From: Aulosira sp. ZfuVER01
GTDB taxonomy: Bacteria; Cyanobacteriota; Cyanobacteriia; Cyanobacteriales; Nostocaceae
Assembly: GCA_034530615.2 (NCBI GenBank)
Contig: JAVRCV020000009.1
Span: forward strand, 1-64,000
Length of the DNA: 64,000 nucleotides
Direction: 5' to 3'
Part shown: positions 20,671 to 30,844 of the stretch, piece by piece
Numbering within the stretch: position 1 is the first letter of the stretch
Layout: each line of letters opens with the position of its first letter
The notes under the pieces: model-generated
The model's database searches: none
What the model was told of the DNA's origin: nothing
Seen by the model: only the letters and a program-made list of their open reading frames with translations
Program-made: the position numbers and the translations under genes

Positions 20671-20869
20671 TTTGGTCATTTGTCCTCCTTGTCCCCTCGT
20701 CCCCCTTCCCATGCCCTATGCCCAATTCCCTAATCCATATTTTCAACTAGACCATTGGTAGCAATTCAATTGTATTGTTTTAATACAAATTAATAAGTAA
20801 TTTCTCTAAAGCCTTTTAACCATTTTTTCAATTAGTTTTTATTATCCACCTAGAAAAAATGGTGAAAAC

Positions 20870-21487
20870 GTGCTGTACCGTAATTTACTTACATTACCAG
20901 TTGTTCTAGCTGTTTTGGGCAGTACACTTCCTGCTACTGCCTTACCCTCTGAGATTTTTACTTCCCAATTGCCAGAAATTCAGCAAAACCTACCACTTGG
21001 GTATGGAATGCGCTTACCTGAGCAAATTCGTTTAGGTAACGGTAGCGATACCTACGGCGGTAAACTAGGCGATTTGCTGAGTAAACTGATTGTGCAGCTT
21101 TTTCCTAGTACTACACCTCGTGGTCTAACTTTAGGCTTGTTTAGTTGTGAAAATACGGCAAAATGTTTAGTAGGCACTTTTAGCGTGTATAGCCCTGATG
21201 CCGTTAGTGTAGTAGGGGATTTTGCCAAACACAAAACTACAGGTAATGTCATTTCTTTATCAAAAGATATCCAGGGATATTTTTTGGATGGAAATATGCA
21301 AAACCCACAACAACCTTTTTCTTCGCTAATGTGGCGACAGGATGGATTAGTTCACACAATATCTTTTCCGGCTCAAGAAAGGCAGAATATTCTGTTGATG
21401 GGTTACTCAATGGTGCATCAACCACCTATTCGCCATACCTACGCAAAATTAAAAAGGCCAGAGCCGATATTCTCATTGGTTAAATGA
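20870..21487 (+). CDS. Hypothetical exported protein
   Basis: Signal-peptide-like N-terminus (LPVVLAVLGSTLPATA), 205-aa ORF, GTG start. Confidence 0.7.
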   Translation: MLYRNLLTLPVVLAVLGSTLPATALPSEIFTSQLPEIQQNLPLGYGMRLPEQIRLGNGSDTYGGKLGDLLSKLIVQLFPSTTPRGLTLGLFSCENTAKCLVGTFSVYSPDAVSVVGDFAKHKTTGNVISLSKDIQGYFLDGNMQNPQQPFSSLMWRQDGLVHTISFPAQERQNILLMGYSMVHQPPIRHTYAKLKRPEPIFSLVK

Positions 21488-21583
21488 GTTAGTTTGACCA
21501 TTAAGTATATTCTATGGGCTGAGAGCAAGAGGCAAAAATAGTTTAGGCTGAGTGTATACACCTATTTTCTAAAAAGGTGCAAA

Positions 21584-21694
21584 ATGCCAGAACCTCAGAA
21601 AAACACTTTAAAAATTGATCCAGGAACACTAGTTTTGATTGTCTCCGTCCTCATCCTTTTGCCTCTGATATTAGCTGGGTTTTTATCACAATAA
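21584..21694 (+). CDS. 36-aa single-TM small protein (not in the ORF track)
   Basis: AAAGG RBS, ATG...TAA; MPEPQKNTLKIDPGTLVLIVSVLILLPLILAGFLSQ. Confidence 0.65.
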   Translation: MPEPQKNTLKIDPGTLVLIVSVLILLPLILAGFLSQ

Positions 21695-22086
21695 GCTATG
21701 AAAAAACGAGGATTACTGAGACTTACTATTTAGTGAAATCTCCTACAATCACTCTTGAGCAGGGGTGTAGGCTTCCCAGATTAATAAAGTAAGCAAGCTC
21801 TGCCAAATACTAATGAGCTTGCTAGCTAAAAATACCCAAATAATCATCCATAAATTTTAATCTTCAATCCTCACAATTTACTAGACAAAATATTCTCCTA
21901 CTGCTTCTACTGATGAGCATATACCTGTAGTTATGTCTTAGAGATAAATGATTCACTCTAAGGAGACATGAATCTCACTTAGTTAAATAGCTAACTTTAA
22001 AAAAGATTATTTGGCATAAGAAGCCAATCAAGGTTTCTACTGGCTAAAAACGTCAAAGGCTTTAGTTAGTTATAAGGAGTACTAAA

Positions 22087-22440
22087 ATGTCAGACACAAG
22101 TAAGCGTGGCTTTGCTTCTATGGATGAAGATAAGCAGCGTGAAATTGCCAGCAAGGGCGGACACGCTGCTCATGAAAAAGGCACTGCTCACGAGTTCACA
22201 CCAGAAGAAGCTCGTGAAGCTGGACGTAAGGGTGGTGAAACTGTTAGCCAAGATAGAGAACACATGGCTGAGATTGGCAGTAAAGGTGGCAAGAGTTCCC
22301 ACAAAGGCGGCAGCAGCCAAGACGACGATAACGAAGATAACGAAAACGAAGGGAAGGAAGGAAAGCAAGGAAAGGGCACTCGTGGTGGCACATCTGAGCA
22401 ACATTCTAAGGCTGGCAAACAAAGCCACAAAAACAAATAG
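22087..22440 (+). CDS. KGG-repeat general stress protein
   Basis: RGFASMD..KQREIASKGG, EAGRKGG, EIGSKGG repeats; RBS AAGGAG. Confidence 0.9.
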   Translation: MSDTSKRGFASMDEDKQREIASKGGHAAHEKGTAHEFTPEEAREAGRKGGETVSQDREHMAEIGSKGGKSSHKGGSSQDDDNEDNENEGKEGKQGKGTRGGTSEQHSKAGKQSHKNK

Positions 22441-22539
22441 GCTGATTGAGTAATTCAACCAAAAGTTTGGGTTGATATTTAAATCTCAGCGGCCTCATAA
22501 CTACAGTAGGGTGCATTATCGCGAGTTAATCTTGCCAAA

Positions 22540-22587
22540 AAGCCGTTTGACAGTACTTTCTTCTGGGAAAGTAAGGTCAAACGGCTT
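22540..22587. terminator. Long hairpin, probable bidirectional terminator or dispersed repeat
   Basis: AAGCCGTTTGAC...GTCAAACGGCTT with inner TACTTTC/GAAAGTA, between convergent genes. Confidence 0.6.
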
Positions 22588-22657
22588 AATTTATCGCTAT
22601 TTTTAATTGCTGAGAATACAGGAGCCAGTTGCGTCGCTGTAGTATATCTATGTTGTT

Positions 22658-23806
22658 TTACTTAGGTAAAACCTGCCGCAGTGCTTCTAAAAGTTGGTCA
22701 ACACTTTCTTTACGGCTATTGAAGCCCATAAGTCCTACGCGCCAGACTTTACCAGCCAATTCACCAAGGCCACCACCAATTTCAATGTTATGTTCATTGA
22801 GTAACTGTCGGGCAATTGCCTTGCCATCTACTCCTTCGGGAATTCGGACTGTAGTAAGTGTTGGTAAGCGGAACTCTCGTTCAACGTGCAAACTTAGCCC
22901 TAAATCTTCCAAGCCATCCCAAAGATACTCTACGTTCTTTTGATGACGTTGCCAGCAGTTTGCCAGTCCCTCCTCGGCAACTAAACGTAGAGCTTCCCGC
23001 AGGGCATAGTAGAGATTAATAGGAGCCGTATGGTGATAGATGCGTTCACTACCCCAATATTTACCTAGTAAGTTCATATCCAAATACCAGTTAGCAACCT
23101 TGGTGCGGCGCTGTTGCAATTTCTCCATTGCACGGGGACTCATGGTAAAAGGTGAAGCACCAGGTGAACAACCCAACCCTTTTTGGCTACAGCTATAGGC
23201 GAGGTCAACTCCCCAATTATCTAAAAATATCGGCACACCACCAAGACTGGTGACTGTGTCCACTAGTAGCAGAGTGCCAAATTCACGACATACATCGGCA
23301 ACTCCCTCTAACGGTTGACGTGCGCCAGTGGAGGTTTCAGCATGAACTAAAGCGAGGATTGCTGGACGATGAGTTTCTATTGCAGTGCGGAGTTCATCTA
23401 GTGTAAAGACTTGTCCCCAAGGTTTGGTAATAGTACGGACATCGGCGCCATATCGTCCAGCCATATCAACGAGGCGATTACCAAAGTATCCAGCGACACC
23501 AACTAAAACTACATCACCGGGTTCGGTAACATTGGCAATAGTTGCTTCCATTGCTGCGGTTCCTGTACCGCTGACGGCAATTGTCAGGGGGTTTTCTGTC
23601 TGCCATACGTAACGCAATAAGGATTGAATTTCATCCATAAGTGCCAGAAAAGCTGGGTCAAGATGCCCAACTGGAGACGTATTCATCGCTTGTAGCACCG
23701 CTGGATGGGCATTGGATGGGCCTGGCCCCAGGAGTAACCGGGATGGTATTTCTAAAGGTGCTAGTTGCAACCTCTGACTATCGTTGATTGAGACTGTTGG
23801 CGTCAT
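22658..23806 (-). CDS. Alanine/serine-glyoxylate aminotransferase (class V PLP enzyme)
   Basis: LLLGPGPS, SGTGT.AME, HAETSTG, SQKGL PLP lysine. Confidence 0.92.
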   Translation of the reverse strand: MTPTVSINDSQRLQLAPLEIPSRLLLGPGPSNAHPAVLQAMNTSPVGHLDPAFLALMDEIQSLLRYVWQTENPLTIAVSGTGTAAMEATIANVTEPGDVVLVGVAGYFGNRLVDMAGRYGADVRTITKPWGQVFTLDELRTAIETHRPAILALVHAETSTGARQPLEGVADVCREFGTLLLVDTVTSLGGVPIFLDNWGVDLAYSCSQKGLGCSPGASPFTMSPRAMEKLQQRRTKVANWYLDMNLLGKYWGSERIYHHTAPINLYYALREALRLVAEEGLANCWQRHQKNVEYLWDGLEDLGLSLHVEREFRLPTLTTVRIPEGVDGKAIARQLLNEHNIEIGGGLGELAGKVWRVGLMGFNSRKESVDQLLEALRQVLPK

Positions 23807-23945
23807 AATTTGTTCTCGGAATATACGGTTCTTACCGGATCATAGAGCGATCGCATCACCGTTGTTTGATTTTGTTTGTCTTGTTGGTACTAGGCGCTCT
23901 GATAGAGTGAAATACAGTTTCACCAAAATATTTGCAGATAAAATT

Positions 23946-24341
23946 ATGATTTTTGCAGGCAAACGACCAAATAATTTAGGGGTGAAAAACGGAAAGTTAG
24001 CGCCCTGTCCCAGTAGCCCTAACTGTGTTTCCAGCCAGTGTACAGATGCAGTTCACCAAATTGTTCCACTGAGTTTCACATCGACTCCAGAACAGGCGAT
24101 CGCTAATCTTAAAAGTATCATTCAGTCTTTACCTAGAACTCAGATAATTAGCGAAAGCCCTGATTACTTGTATGCAGAATTTAAGAGCGCCTTATTAGGT
24201 TTTGTGGATGATGTCGAGTTTTATGTAGACCGGAATGCAAATGTTATCCAGGTACGTTCAGCTTCTCGCCTGGGTCAAAGCGATTTAGGTGTCAATCGTC
24301 AACGCATAGAAACTATTCGCGCCAAGTTCAACCAAGTTTAG
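23946..24341 (+). CDS. DUF1499 family protein
   Basis: LAPCPSSPNCVSSQ, GFVDDVEF, RSASRLG.SDLGVNR.R; start moved to ATG 23946. Confidence 0.85.
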   Translation: MIFAGKRPNNLGVKNGKLAPCPSSPNCVSSQCTDAVHQIVPLSFTSTPEQAIANLKSIIQSLPRTQIISESPDYLYAEFKSALLGFVDDVEFYVDRNANVIQVRSASRLGQSDLGVNRQRIETIRAKFNQV

Positions 24342-24432
24342 TCATACCAGCCAGATTTTCAAAGGGTTTTTCAGCACAGTATCTATTGCTGAATTTTGAA
24401 TAATTGCGATAAATTTCCATTCTCAATCAATT

Positions 24433-24454
24433 CCCACGGCTAGAAGCACGTGGG
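24433..24454. repeat. REP-like short hairpin
   Basis: CCCACG-GC-TAGAA-GC-ACGTGGG. Confidence 0.45.
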
Positions 24455-24754
24455 TTTACTATTTGCCAGATGTCTAGATATTTCCTCTTCTTTTAATCTC
24501 AATCCTCATAATTTCCTTAGCTTTTATACATATTATTAATCTCAGGTAACTAGTAATTCATCATCATGACTTTAGTCATGTATTTTTAAGCACTTTTGAT
24601 TGAGTATCGTTTTTACAAGTATTAGAAATATCAGGATTTTCACGGTTGTTAGCTTAATTTAATGAAACTTAATATGCTTATGGGTGATGATCTAGCTTAG
24701 ATAATTAAGACTAAATTTTTCAAGAATAGGCTGACGTTATAGAGGGAAAGAAGG

Positions 24755-25951
24755 ATGAGTAATCCCAAATTTTTACTAGAGTTTAATAAAATTCTGCATG
24801 AATTCAGTAAGTGTACACAAATACAATTAAATGGCAATCTAAATATTAAGAGTTCGCAAGGAAGACATTGGACTTTTTATTATCATTTAGGACAGATTGT
24901 TTGGGCAGCAGGAGGAACTCATACTTATAGAAGGTTGCGTAGATGTATAGCGCAAACTACTCCACAAATTGATATTAATAATATCCAGTTAGATTTCAAG
25001 GAACTATCAAAAGATTATAGGGATTATCAAATACTGGAAATTTTGTATAAAAAGCAAGTACTTAAACAAGAGCAAATTAACGCTATTGTGGAAAAGACTG
25101 TAGCGGAACTTTTATTTGATATAGTTCAACGATTAAATAGCGAGTTTTTGAGTTGCGATCGCCATCAACAAGTAATCTTAGAAGTACCAATTAGTTCCAT
25201 AAACGCACAGATATCTTTAAAGCAGATGCAAGATTCTTGGAACAATTGGTCAAAAGCTGGGTTAGCGAGTATATCTCCTAACTTAGCGCCTGTATTGCGG
25301 AGACCACAGGAACTGCAAAAGCAAGTAAGCTCATCTGTTTACAACAACGTTGTCAATTTAATCAATGGCAAACATACACTTTGGGATTTAGCTGTCAAAA
25401 TGAATCAGAGTGTATTGCCTGTCACCCGTTCTTTGCTTCCCTATATTAATCAAGGAATTACAGAACTTGTAGAAGTACCTGACTTATCTTTACCAGTCAA
25501 AAACAACTCTACTGTTCCTCAAGCAAAAGCATCAACTATTCCCCTCATCGCTTGTGTAGATGATAGTCCACAAGTCTGTAAAATGTTGGAACAGATTATC
25601 ACCGCTAATGGTCTGAGATTTCTGGCAATTCAAGATCCATTGCAAGCTCTACCAATTTTGATACAAAATAAACCAGACTTGATTTTTTTAGATTTAATTA
25701 TGCCAGTTGTGAATGGTTATGAAGTCTGCACACATTTACGCCGAAGTTCACTTTTAAGCAAAACACCAGTGGTAATTTTGACAGGTAGCGATGGGCTATT
25801 CGATCAAGTTCGGTCTAAGGTATTTGGTGCTACGGAATTTCTTACCAAACCAGTAGTCCCCGATCAGGTAATGGAGATGGTAAACAAGCATATATTTACC
25901 AAAACTGCATCAAAAGTAAATCATCAATCTAATTTAGCAATTAGTTATTAA
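24755..25951 (+). CDS. PatA-family response regulator (PATAN + receiver)
   Basis: N-terminal PATAN-like region (G.L...W.FY..LG.IVWA.GG.H..RR.RR); C-terminal receiver VDDS, FLDLIMP, TKP. Confidence 0.88.
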   Translation: MSNPKFLLEFNKILHEFSKCTQIQLNGNLNIKSSQGRHWTFYYHLGQIVWAAGGTHTYRRLRRCIAQTTPQIDINNIQLDFKELSKDYRDYQILEILYKKQVLKQEQINAIVEKTVAELLFDIVQRLNSEFLSCDRHQQVILEVPISSINAQISLKQMQDSWNNWSKAGLASISPNLAPVLRRPQELQKQVSSSVYNNVVNLINGKHTLWDLAVKMNQSVLPVTRSLLPYINQGITELVEVPDLSLPVKNNSTVPQAKASTIPLIACVDDSPQVCKMLEQIITANGLRFLAIQDPLQALPILIQNKPDLIFLDLIMPVVNGYEVCTHLRRSSLLSKTPVVILTGSDGLFDQVRSKVFGATEFLTKPVVPDQVMEMVNKHIFTKTASKVNHQSNLAISY

Positions 25952-25973
25952 AGTGAGGACTTAAGTCCTCACT
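25952..25973. repeat. Palindromic repeat / terminator between convergent genes
   Basis: AGTGAGGACT-TA-AGTCCTCACT. Confidence 0.7.
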
Positions 25974-25984
25974 ACAATAGTTTT

Positions 25985-26776
25985 TTATTTAGATTCATGA
26001 GCAGAATAAGATAACAGAGGTAAACCATCCTGGAAGACTAGAAGTTCTCCAGGTTGGATTATCGTCCAAACTTCATTGTCTGTGAGGGGAGTAGTTGCGA
26101 TCACAGCGACGCGATCGCTTTGTGAAGTCAATTCCCGAAAATCTACAGTCATATCTTGATCGAGCAAGTGAGCTGCCGCAAACGGGGCTTGACGTACAAT
26201 GTAGCTGAGTTTAGTAGAACAATAGGCAAAAAAGTGTTCCCCATCCGATAGCAGGTAATTAAACACGCCTAATAATGCCAGCCGATCGGTAACTTGACGC
26301 AGTACTGGGTACAGTTTCTCTAGCGGTGGCTTACCCTGAGGAAAGCTTTGTCGTAGAGTTTCTAAGATGACACAAAATGCTTTTTCACTGTCTGTGTCAC
26401 CTACGGCTTGGTAAAAGCCCATATTTTCAGGTGCAAAATCTGGCAAATTACCGTTATGGGCAAAAACCCAATACCTTCCCCAAAGTTCCCTTTGAAAAGG
26501 ATGACAGTTTTGTAAAGCAACTTTACCTTGGGTAGCTTTGCGAATATGGGCAATCACATGTTTAGAGTGGATGGGATAGCGTCTTACCAAATCTGCTACC
26601 GGAGAAGTAACAGAGGGTTTCTCATCGATAAAAATCCGACATCCTTTTTCTTCAAAGAAAGCAATACCCCAGCCATCGCTATGATCGTCAGTTTTTCCTC
26701 CCCTGGCAGAAAAACCTTCAAAAGAAAAGCAGATATCTGTTGGGGTATTGCAGTTCATTCCCAGCAGTTGACACAT
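25985..26776 (-). CDS. Class II glutamine amidotransferase (YafJ-like)
   Basis: True start MCQLLG (Ntn Cys2), DGWG, HIRKAT, HPF, HNG, GDTDSE. Confidence 0.92.
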   Translation of the reverse strand: MCQLLGMNCNTPTDICFSFEGFSARGGKTDDHSDGWGIAFFEEKGCRIFIDEKPSVTSPVADLVRRYPIHSKHVIAHIRKATQGKVALQNCHPFQRELWGRYWVFAHNGNLPDFAPENMGFYQAVGDTDSEKAFCVILETLRQSFPQGKPPLEKLYPVLRQVTDRLALLGVFNYLLSDGEHFFAYCSTKLSYIVRQAPFAAAHLLDQDMTVDFRELTSQSDRVAVIATTPLTDNEVWTIIQPGELLVFQDGLPLLSYSAHESK

Positions 26777-26988
26777 CTTAAAAACCTGAGGTTTATCTCT
26801 GGGATTACAATACTTCAGATCGCTGCAAAAGTTCTGGTGCGATCGCTTCAATCTTGGGATTTCTATTAGCTGCTGTTACCCAAAGGAAAAGAGTAAATAA
26901 AGTTTTCGTGAAGACACGTAAGTAACGACCTTATTAAGAGTAAATAAGGCTACAATTTCGTAGTCAAAGTTGAAGAAAGGATTTATAC

Positions 26989-27204
26989 ATGAATCACGGA
27001 GTAGAAAAAGTGCTCGCGCTGCTTCTTTCCCTATTTGGCGGAGGGCAACCTCAAAAGCAACCACAATCACCTAAAACACCAGTACCACAGACTCAAAAAC
27101 AACCCCAACCAGTACCAGAACCTACGACTATTTTGGGAAGTGCGATCGCTCTGGGTGGATTCGCATATTTAAAGAAAAAGAAAAACATGAAGCTGACTAA
27201 ATAA
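26989..27204 (+). CDS. Minimal PEP-CTERM sorting domain protein
   Basis: VPEPTT + hydrophobic helix + KKKK at the C-terminus; Pro/Gln linker; AAGGA RBS. Confidence 0.8.
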   Translation: MNHGVEKVLALLLSLFGGGQPQKQPQSPKTPVPQTQKQPQPVPEPTTILGSAIALGGFAYLKKKKNMKLTK

Positions 27205-27231
27205 GGATTTTCACGGTGCAACTACCAAAAT

Positions 27232-27265
27232 AAACCCCTGAACTATAACCTGTTCGGGGGTTTTA
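27232..27265. terminator. Bidirectional intrinsic terminator
   Basis: AAACCCCTGAAC...GTTCGGGGGTTTT between convergent genes. Confidence 0.7.
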
Positions 27266-27302
27266 GTTTGTGTCAGTTAATAGACAAAAACTTCGTCTCA
27301 AT

Positions 27303-29231
27303 CTATGATTCTCTTCCTGATGTCCAGGTATCACGCCACTTAACTGTGCCTTCTTTAGCAATCACCCAACGGCGGGGTACAGTATTCTCCCGCAGAGGTG
27401 ATTGTCCTTCCCGCCACATGGCATATTTGTAACTAATTAACTTGCCAGTACTCTCGTTAAAAGGAATCTCCGCAAACCAGGTATTGGTGTTAATGTACTC
27501 TAGGGGATAGGCTTTGCTGATATCCCAGTTACCCAACTCTAGACAGTCTCCGGTGACAACGATGGTTTCACCTGGTTGAGTTTGGACGCCATTTAATTGC
27601 ACGCGCACAATCGTCTGTGCTTTAATTCTCTCGCCAACGTGGCTAAAAACAATCACTCCCCGTTCCTCTAATACCAAATTTTGAATCTTGCCATCTTTGA
27701 CTTCATACTTGTTACGAGTCACTACACAGGTATGTTCGCCATCGGGTAGTTCTGTTTCTACTTCTTCTAGAGTGACTTCTCCGCCACGATTCAAGGCAAC
27801 AAAACATAAAGAATCACGATAGCGGCGCACGTAGCAATAAACATCTTCTGTTAAGTACTTTTGCCAATGGCTACCCATTGATATGGCAGGATTTAATCGC
27901 CGCAAACCAGATAGCAGCCTAACGTAACGATAAATCTCCGTATCGGTATCCCATTTTTCCATCATTGGACGATTGTAAGGATCGTTACCGCCATCTGTAT
28001 CATTGTGCAGATATTGTTCTGTGCCGTAATAGATACAGGGAATACCACGACAAGTCATAATTAGAGCGATCGCCACCTTCAACATCGCTGGATCGGGGTT
28101 CAGCGATTGGAAGCGAGACATATCATGGTTATCGATAAAAGTAATTAATTCTGTTGCCCCATTGTAGCGATGGTCTTGGTCAAAGATATATTGAATTGTA
28201 TGAAATCCGTTTTCTGAACCCTGTGCTAGTGCAGCTCTAATCGCCACACACAACCCAAAGTCTAACATTGTCATCCCTGAGTTGTTGGCAAATTCCACAG
28301 AGCGATCGTCACTGGGACTACTATAAATCCATTCGCCAAAAATGAATACATCTGGCTTGTGATTGCACATATCACCAGTAAATTCTTGCCAAAACCAAAT
28401 TGGCATATGCTTGACAGTATCTACCCGCAGTGCATCTACACCTCTATCTAGCCATTGTTTAATTGCTGACTTGATGTATTCGCGGTATTCGCTATTATTT
28501 TCATTGAATGTTGCCAAACCAGCTAATTCACAATTCTGTACTTGCCAATCGTCTTCCCAGTTTTGCACTTCACCGTAGTGATGATACCAATGATTTACAT
28601 CATCATTGAAGTCGGCAATTTTCACACCATCATCATACAATTCACCTTTGCTACCACTGGTATCTGGCGTGCTATGGTTGCAAACAATATCTAGTACGAG
28701 TTTCATGTTGCGCTTGTGCATTTCTGCAATCAAGCGGTCAAAAGTTGTATCTTTGGTTTCTTGAGTTGCGTTTAAAGAAGGGTTTTCTCCTTGAGCAATG
28801 AAGCGAGGATTTATTCGCTTAAAGTCTTTTGTCCAATAGCCATGTATAGCAGCATTACCCACAAATAACTCTTCAACTTGCTCAAACAAAGGAGTTAGCC
28901 AAATAGCTGTGACTCCCATATTTTTCAAATAATCTAATTTATCGATAACACCTTGCAAGTCACCACCCCAGTACTTACCCCAATCTTTACCAGTAGGATC
29001 GTACAGTTCTGAGTTAATACCTTCGCTATTATCCAGATCGCCATCATGAAAGCGATCGACCACGATAAAGTAAATGGTTTCTTGACGAAATTCAATATCT
29101 CTGGTGTAGAGGAATTCTAAGTCAATCTCAGTCTCGGTTGGAGATGATTGGATGATATTTTCTACTTCTTCACTGGCTGCTTCAACCTTGTATTGCTCTG
29201 GAGAGAATTGAGAAGGGGGAGTATTTACCAT
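27303..29231 (-). CDS. GH13 alpha-amylase/cyclomaltodextrin glucanotransferase-like protein with C-terminal CBM20
   Basis: DRF.DGD, GGDLQG, HGYW, RVDTVKH, FGEW, DNHD; starch-binding G...LGNW..YKY tail. Confidence 0.9.
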   Translation of the reverse strand: MVNTPPSQFSPEQYKVEAASEEVENIIQSSPTETEIDLEFLYTRDIEFRQETIYFIVVDRFHDGDLDNSEGINSELYDPTGKDWGKYWGGDLQGVIDKLDYLKNMGVTAIWLTPLFEQVEELFVGNAAIHGYWTKDFKRINPRFIAQGENPSLNATQETKDTTFDRLIAEMHKRNMKLVLDIVCNHSTPDTSGSKGELYDDGVKIADFNDDVNHWYHHYGEVQNWEDDWQVQNCELAGLATFNENNSEYREYIKSAIKQWLDRGVDALRVDTVKHMPIWFWQEFTGDMCNHKPDVFIFGEWIYSSPSDDRSVEFANNSGMTMLDFGLCVAIRAALAQGSENGFHTIQYIFDQDHRYNGATELITFIDNHDMSRFQSLNPDPAMLKVAIALIMTCRGIPCIYYGTEQYLHNDTDGGNDPYNRPMMEKWDTDTEIYRYVRLLSGLRRLNPAISMGSHWQKYLTEDVYCYVRRYRDSLCFVALNRGGEVTLEEVETELPDGEHTCVVTRNKYEVKDGKIQNLVLEERGVIVFSHVGERIKAQTIVRVQLNGVQTQPGETIVVTGDCLELGNWDISKAYPLEYINTNTWFAEIPFNESTGKLISYKYAMWREGQSPLRENTVPRRWVIAKEGTVKWRDTWTSGRES

Positions 29232-29348
29232 AAAAAGATTCAAGGGTTTAGATAATAAAAGTTTGCAGTACTCAGAAGATTTTGCTTTTGATATATCTAC
29301 ATAACTGCAAACATGGGTATTATCTAATCATTTTTTTTCTCTATGCAT

Positions 29349-29418
29349 CTATCTCCAGCTAGTTTAAAGTTCTATCGTTAGTATGACTTAAATAAAAAAG
29401 ATATCTACCTTTGGATAT
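29349..29418. promoter_or_regulatory. Three CTAYC-N4-GATAG-like palindromic boxes
   Basis: CTATC-TCCA-GCTAG (29349), CTATC-GTTA-GTATG (29372), CTACC-TTTG-GATAT (29405). Confidence 0.5.
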
Positions 29419-29800
29419 CAATCAGGAATAGTTATTGTAGATTCTGGGTACAGTCAGAGTCCCTGAATAGTTTTCCCGTGGAGAAAGAACAATTTTATAG
29501 AGTTGGGAATTAGTTGTATTTTTGCCTCGCTCAAATCTCACATTTTTTGTTGCATGACTTCTTATTGACTTGATAGCTGTATAGGGGCGAGCGCTGATTT
29601 TGATTATTGCTTAAATGCGTAATTCCTAAAAATATGTTCATAGATATCAATGAAAAAGCTCTCATCTTTAAATGAGAGCCTTTAAATATGTAAATAATTA
29701 AGATTTCGGTGTTTTAATTACCTGAATTTATGCGTGGTGCAATTGAAATTATCTAGCTTAGACTCATGGAGTGCTATCCAAAATCAAATGGTATTGTTTA

Positions 29801-30151
29801 TCACTCGTGTTCTACTGTTGGAGTAGGATTGACATTAACAGGCGAGTTATTCTCAATTGAGCGTTGAATACTATTCGTTCCCTCTCTATAGAGTTGATTT
29901 TGAGAACAATTGTTGCTTCCAGTATATTCACGGTTCTTTTTTGCAGCGTTTAAGCAATGAACATAAGCTGCTCGTTCCTGACCGCGCAGCCGCCCGCCAG
30001 CATTAGAGCGATGATTATTTCCAACTAAATTGGAATTATCTACCACTATATTAGGATTACCACGATCAAATTTAGGTTTAGCGAAAACGCTAGGTATTGT
30101 TACTAAAGAAAACAACAGCACAATTGAAGCTGTATAAAAACATTTCTTCAT
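29801..30151 (-). CDS. Small hypothetical secreted protein
   Basis: Signal peptide MKK...SVFA; Asn-rich body with RGQERAAYVH. Confidence 0.7.
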   Translation of the reverse strand: MKKCFYTASIVLLFSLVTIPSVFAKPKFDRGNPNIVVDNSNLVGNNHRSNAGGRLRGQERAAYVHCLNAAKKNREYTGSNNCSQNQLYREGTNSIQRSIENNSPVNVNPTPTVEHE

Positions 30152-30561
30152 AGCGATACTTGCCTAATATTAATGATTTTTCGACTGTACTTTTATCTTA
30201 AAAATCGCACTTGTATAATAAAAAAATAATGTTGAAAGCACTTATTTTTAGCAATTTGTTTTACAAATTTTAAAGTATAAAATACCAATTATTTATACGT
30301 AAAATTGACAGTAAATTTATGAAGTTTAACTAAAAATAAAATTATAGTATTTAATCATTAGACATCTTGTTTATTGCCTTTTTAAATCTAGAAGGTTTAA
30401 GGCGCAAAATCTTGGCGCAAAAGATACAATTTAAATGCGTCATAGCTTACCAAGAGCATTTAGGTTGCTCAACCGGGTAATAACGTAGCTAACAAAAAAA
30501 TATCAAACTCCCTATGCGATCGCAGAATTGAAAATTTAACTCAGATCTGCCTATACATACC

Positions 30562-30594
30562 AAAACCGCCCTAAACTAACTGTAGGGCGGCTTT
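30562..30594. terminator. Intrinsic terminator, probably for a minus-strand transcript
   Basis: AAAACCGCCCTA...TAGGGCGGCTTT. Confidence 0.65.
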
Positions 30595-30844
30595 GAGAGA
30601 TTAGTTTTCTATGGGGCTTGATAATAGTTTTGCCCCGGTTTAGTATAAGTGGTTCTGTATGTATGTGTATACAGAATGCTTTTAACCCATTCCGGAAGGA
30701 ATTGAAAACTTATGTAAATTTGCTGGACATTGGCAAATTGCTTGTTGCCACAGCCGATTTGAGAAGTCCAAGCCTTGCCGCTCAATACGGTAAAGTAACG
30801 ATTGGCGACGGGAATAAGTCACAAATCAAATAGGATGGCTATAT

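Noticed and set aside
22090..22458. Several overlapping ORFs on the KGG gene, and similar shadow ORFs elsewhere
   Set aside because: Antisense or alternative frames of well-supported genes
30600..30820. 6S RNA or RNase P RNA
   Set aside because: I could not find their conserved motifs or a long closing stem
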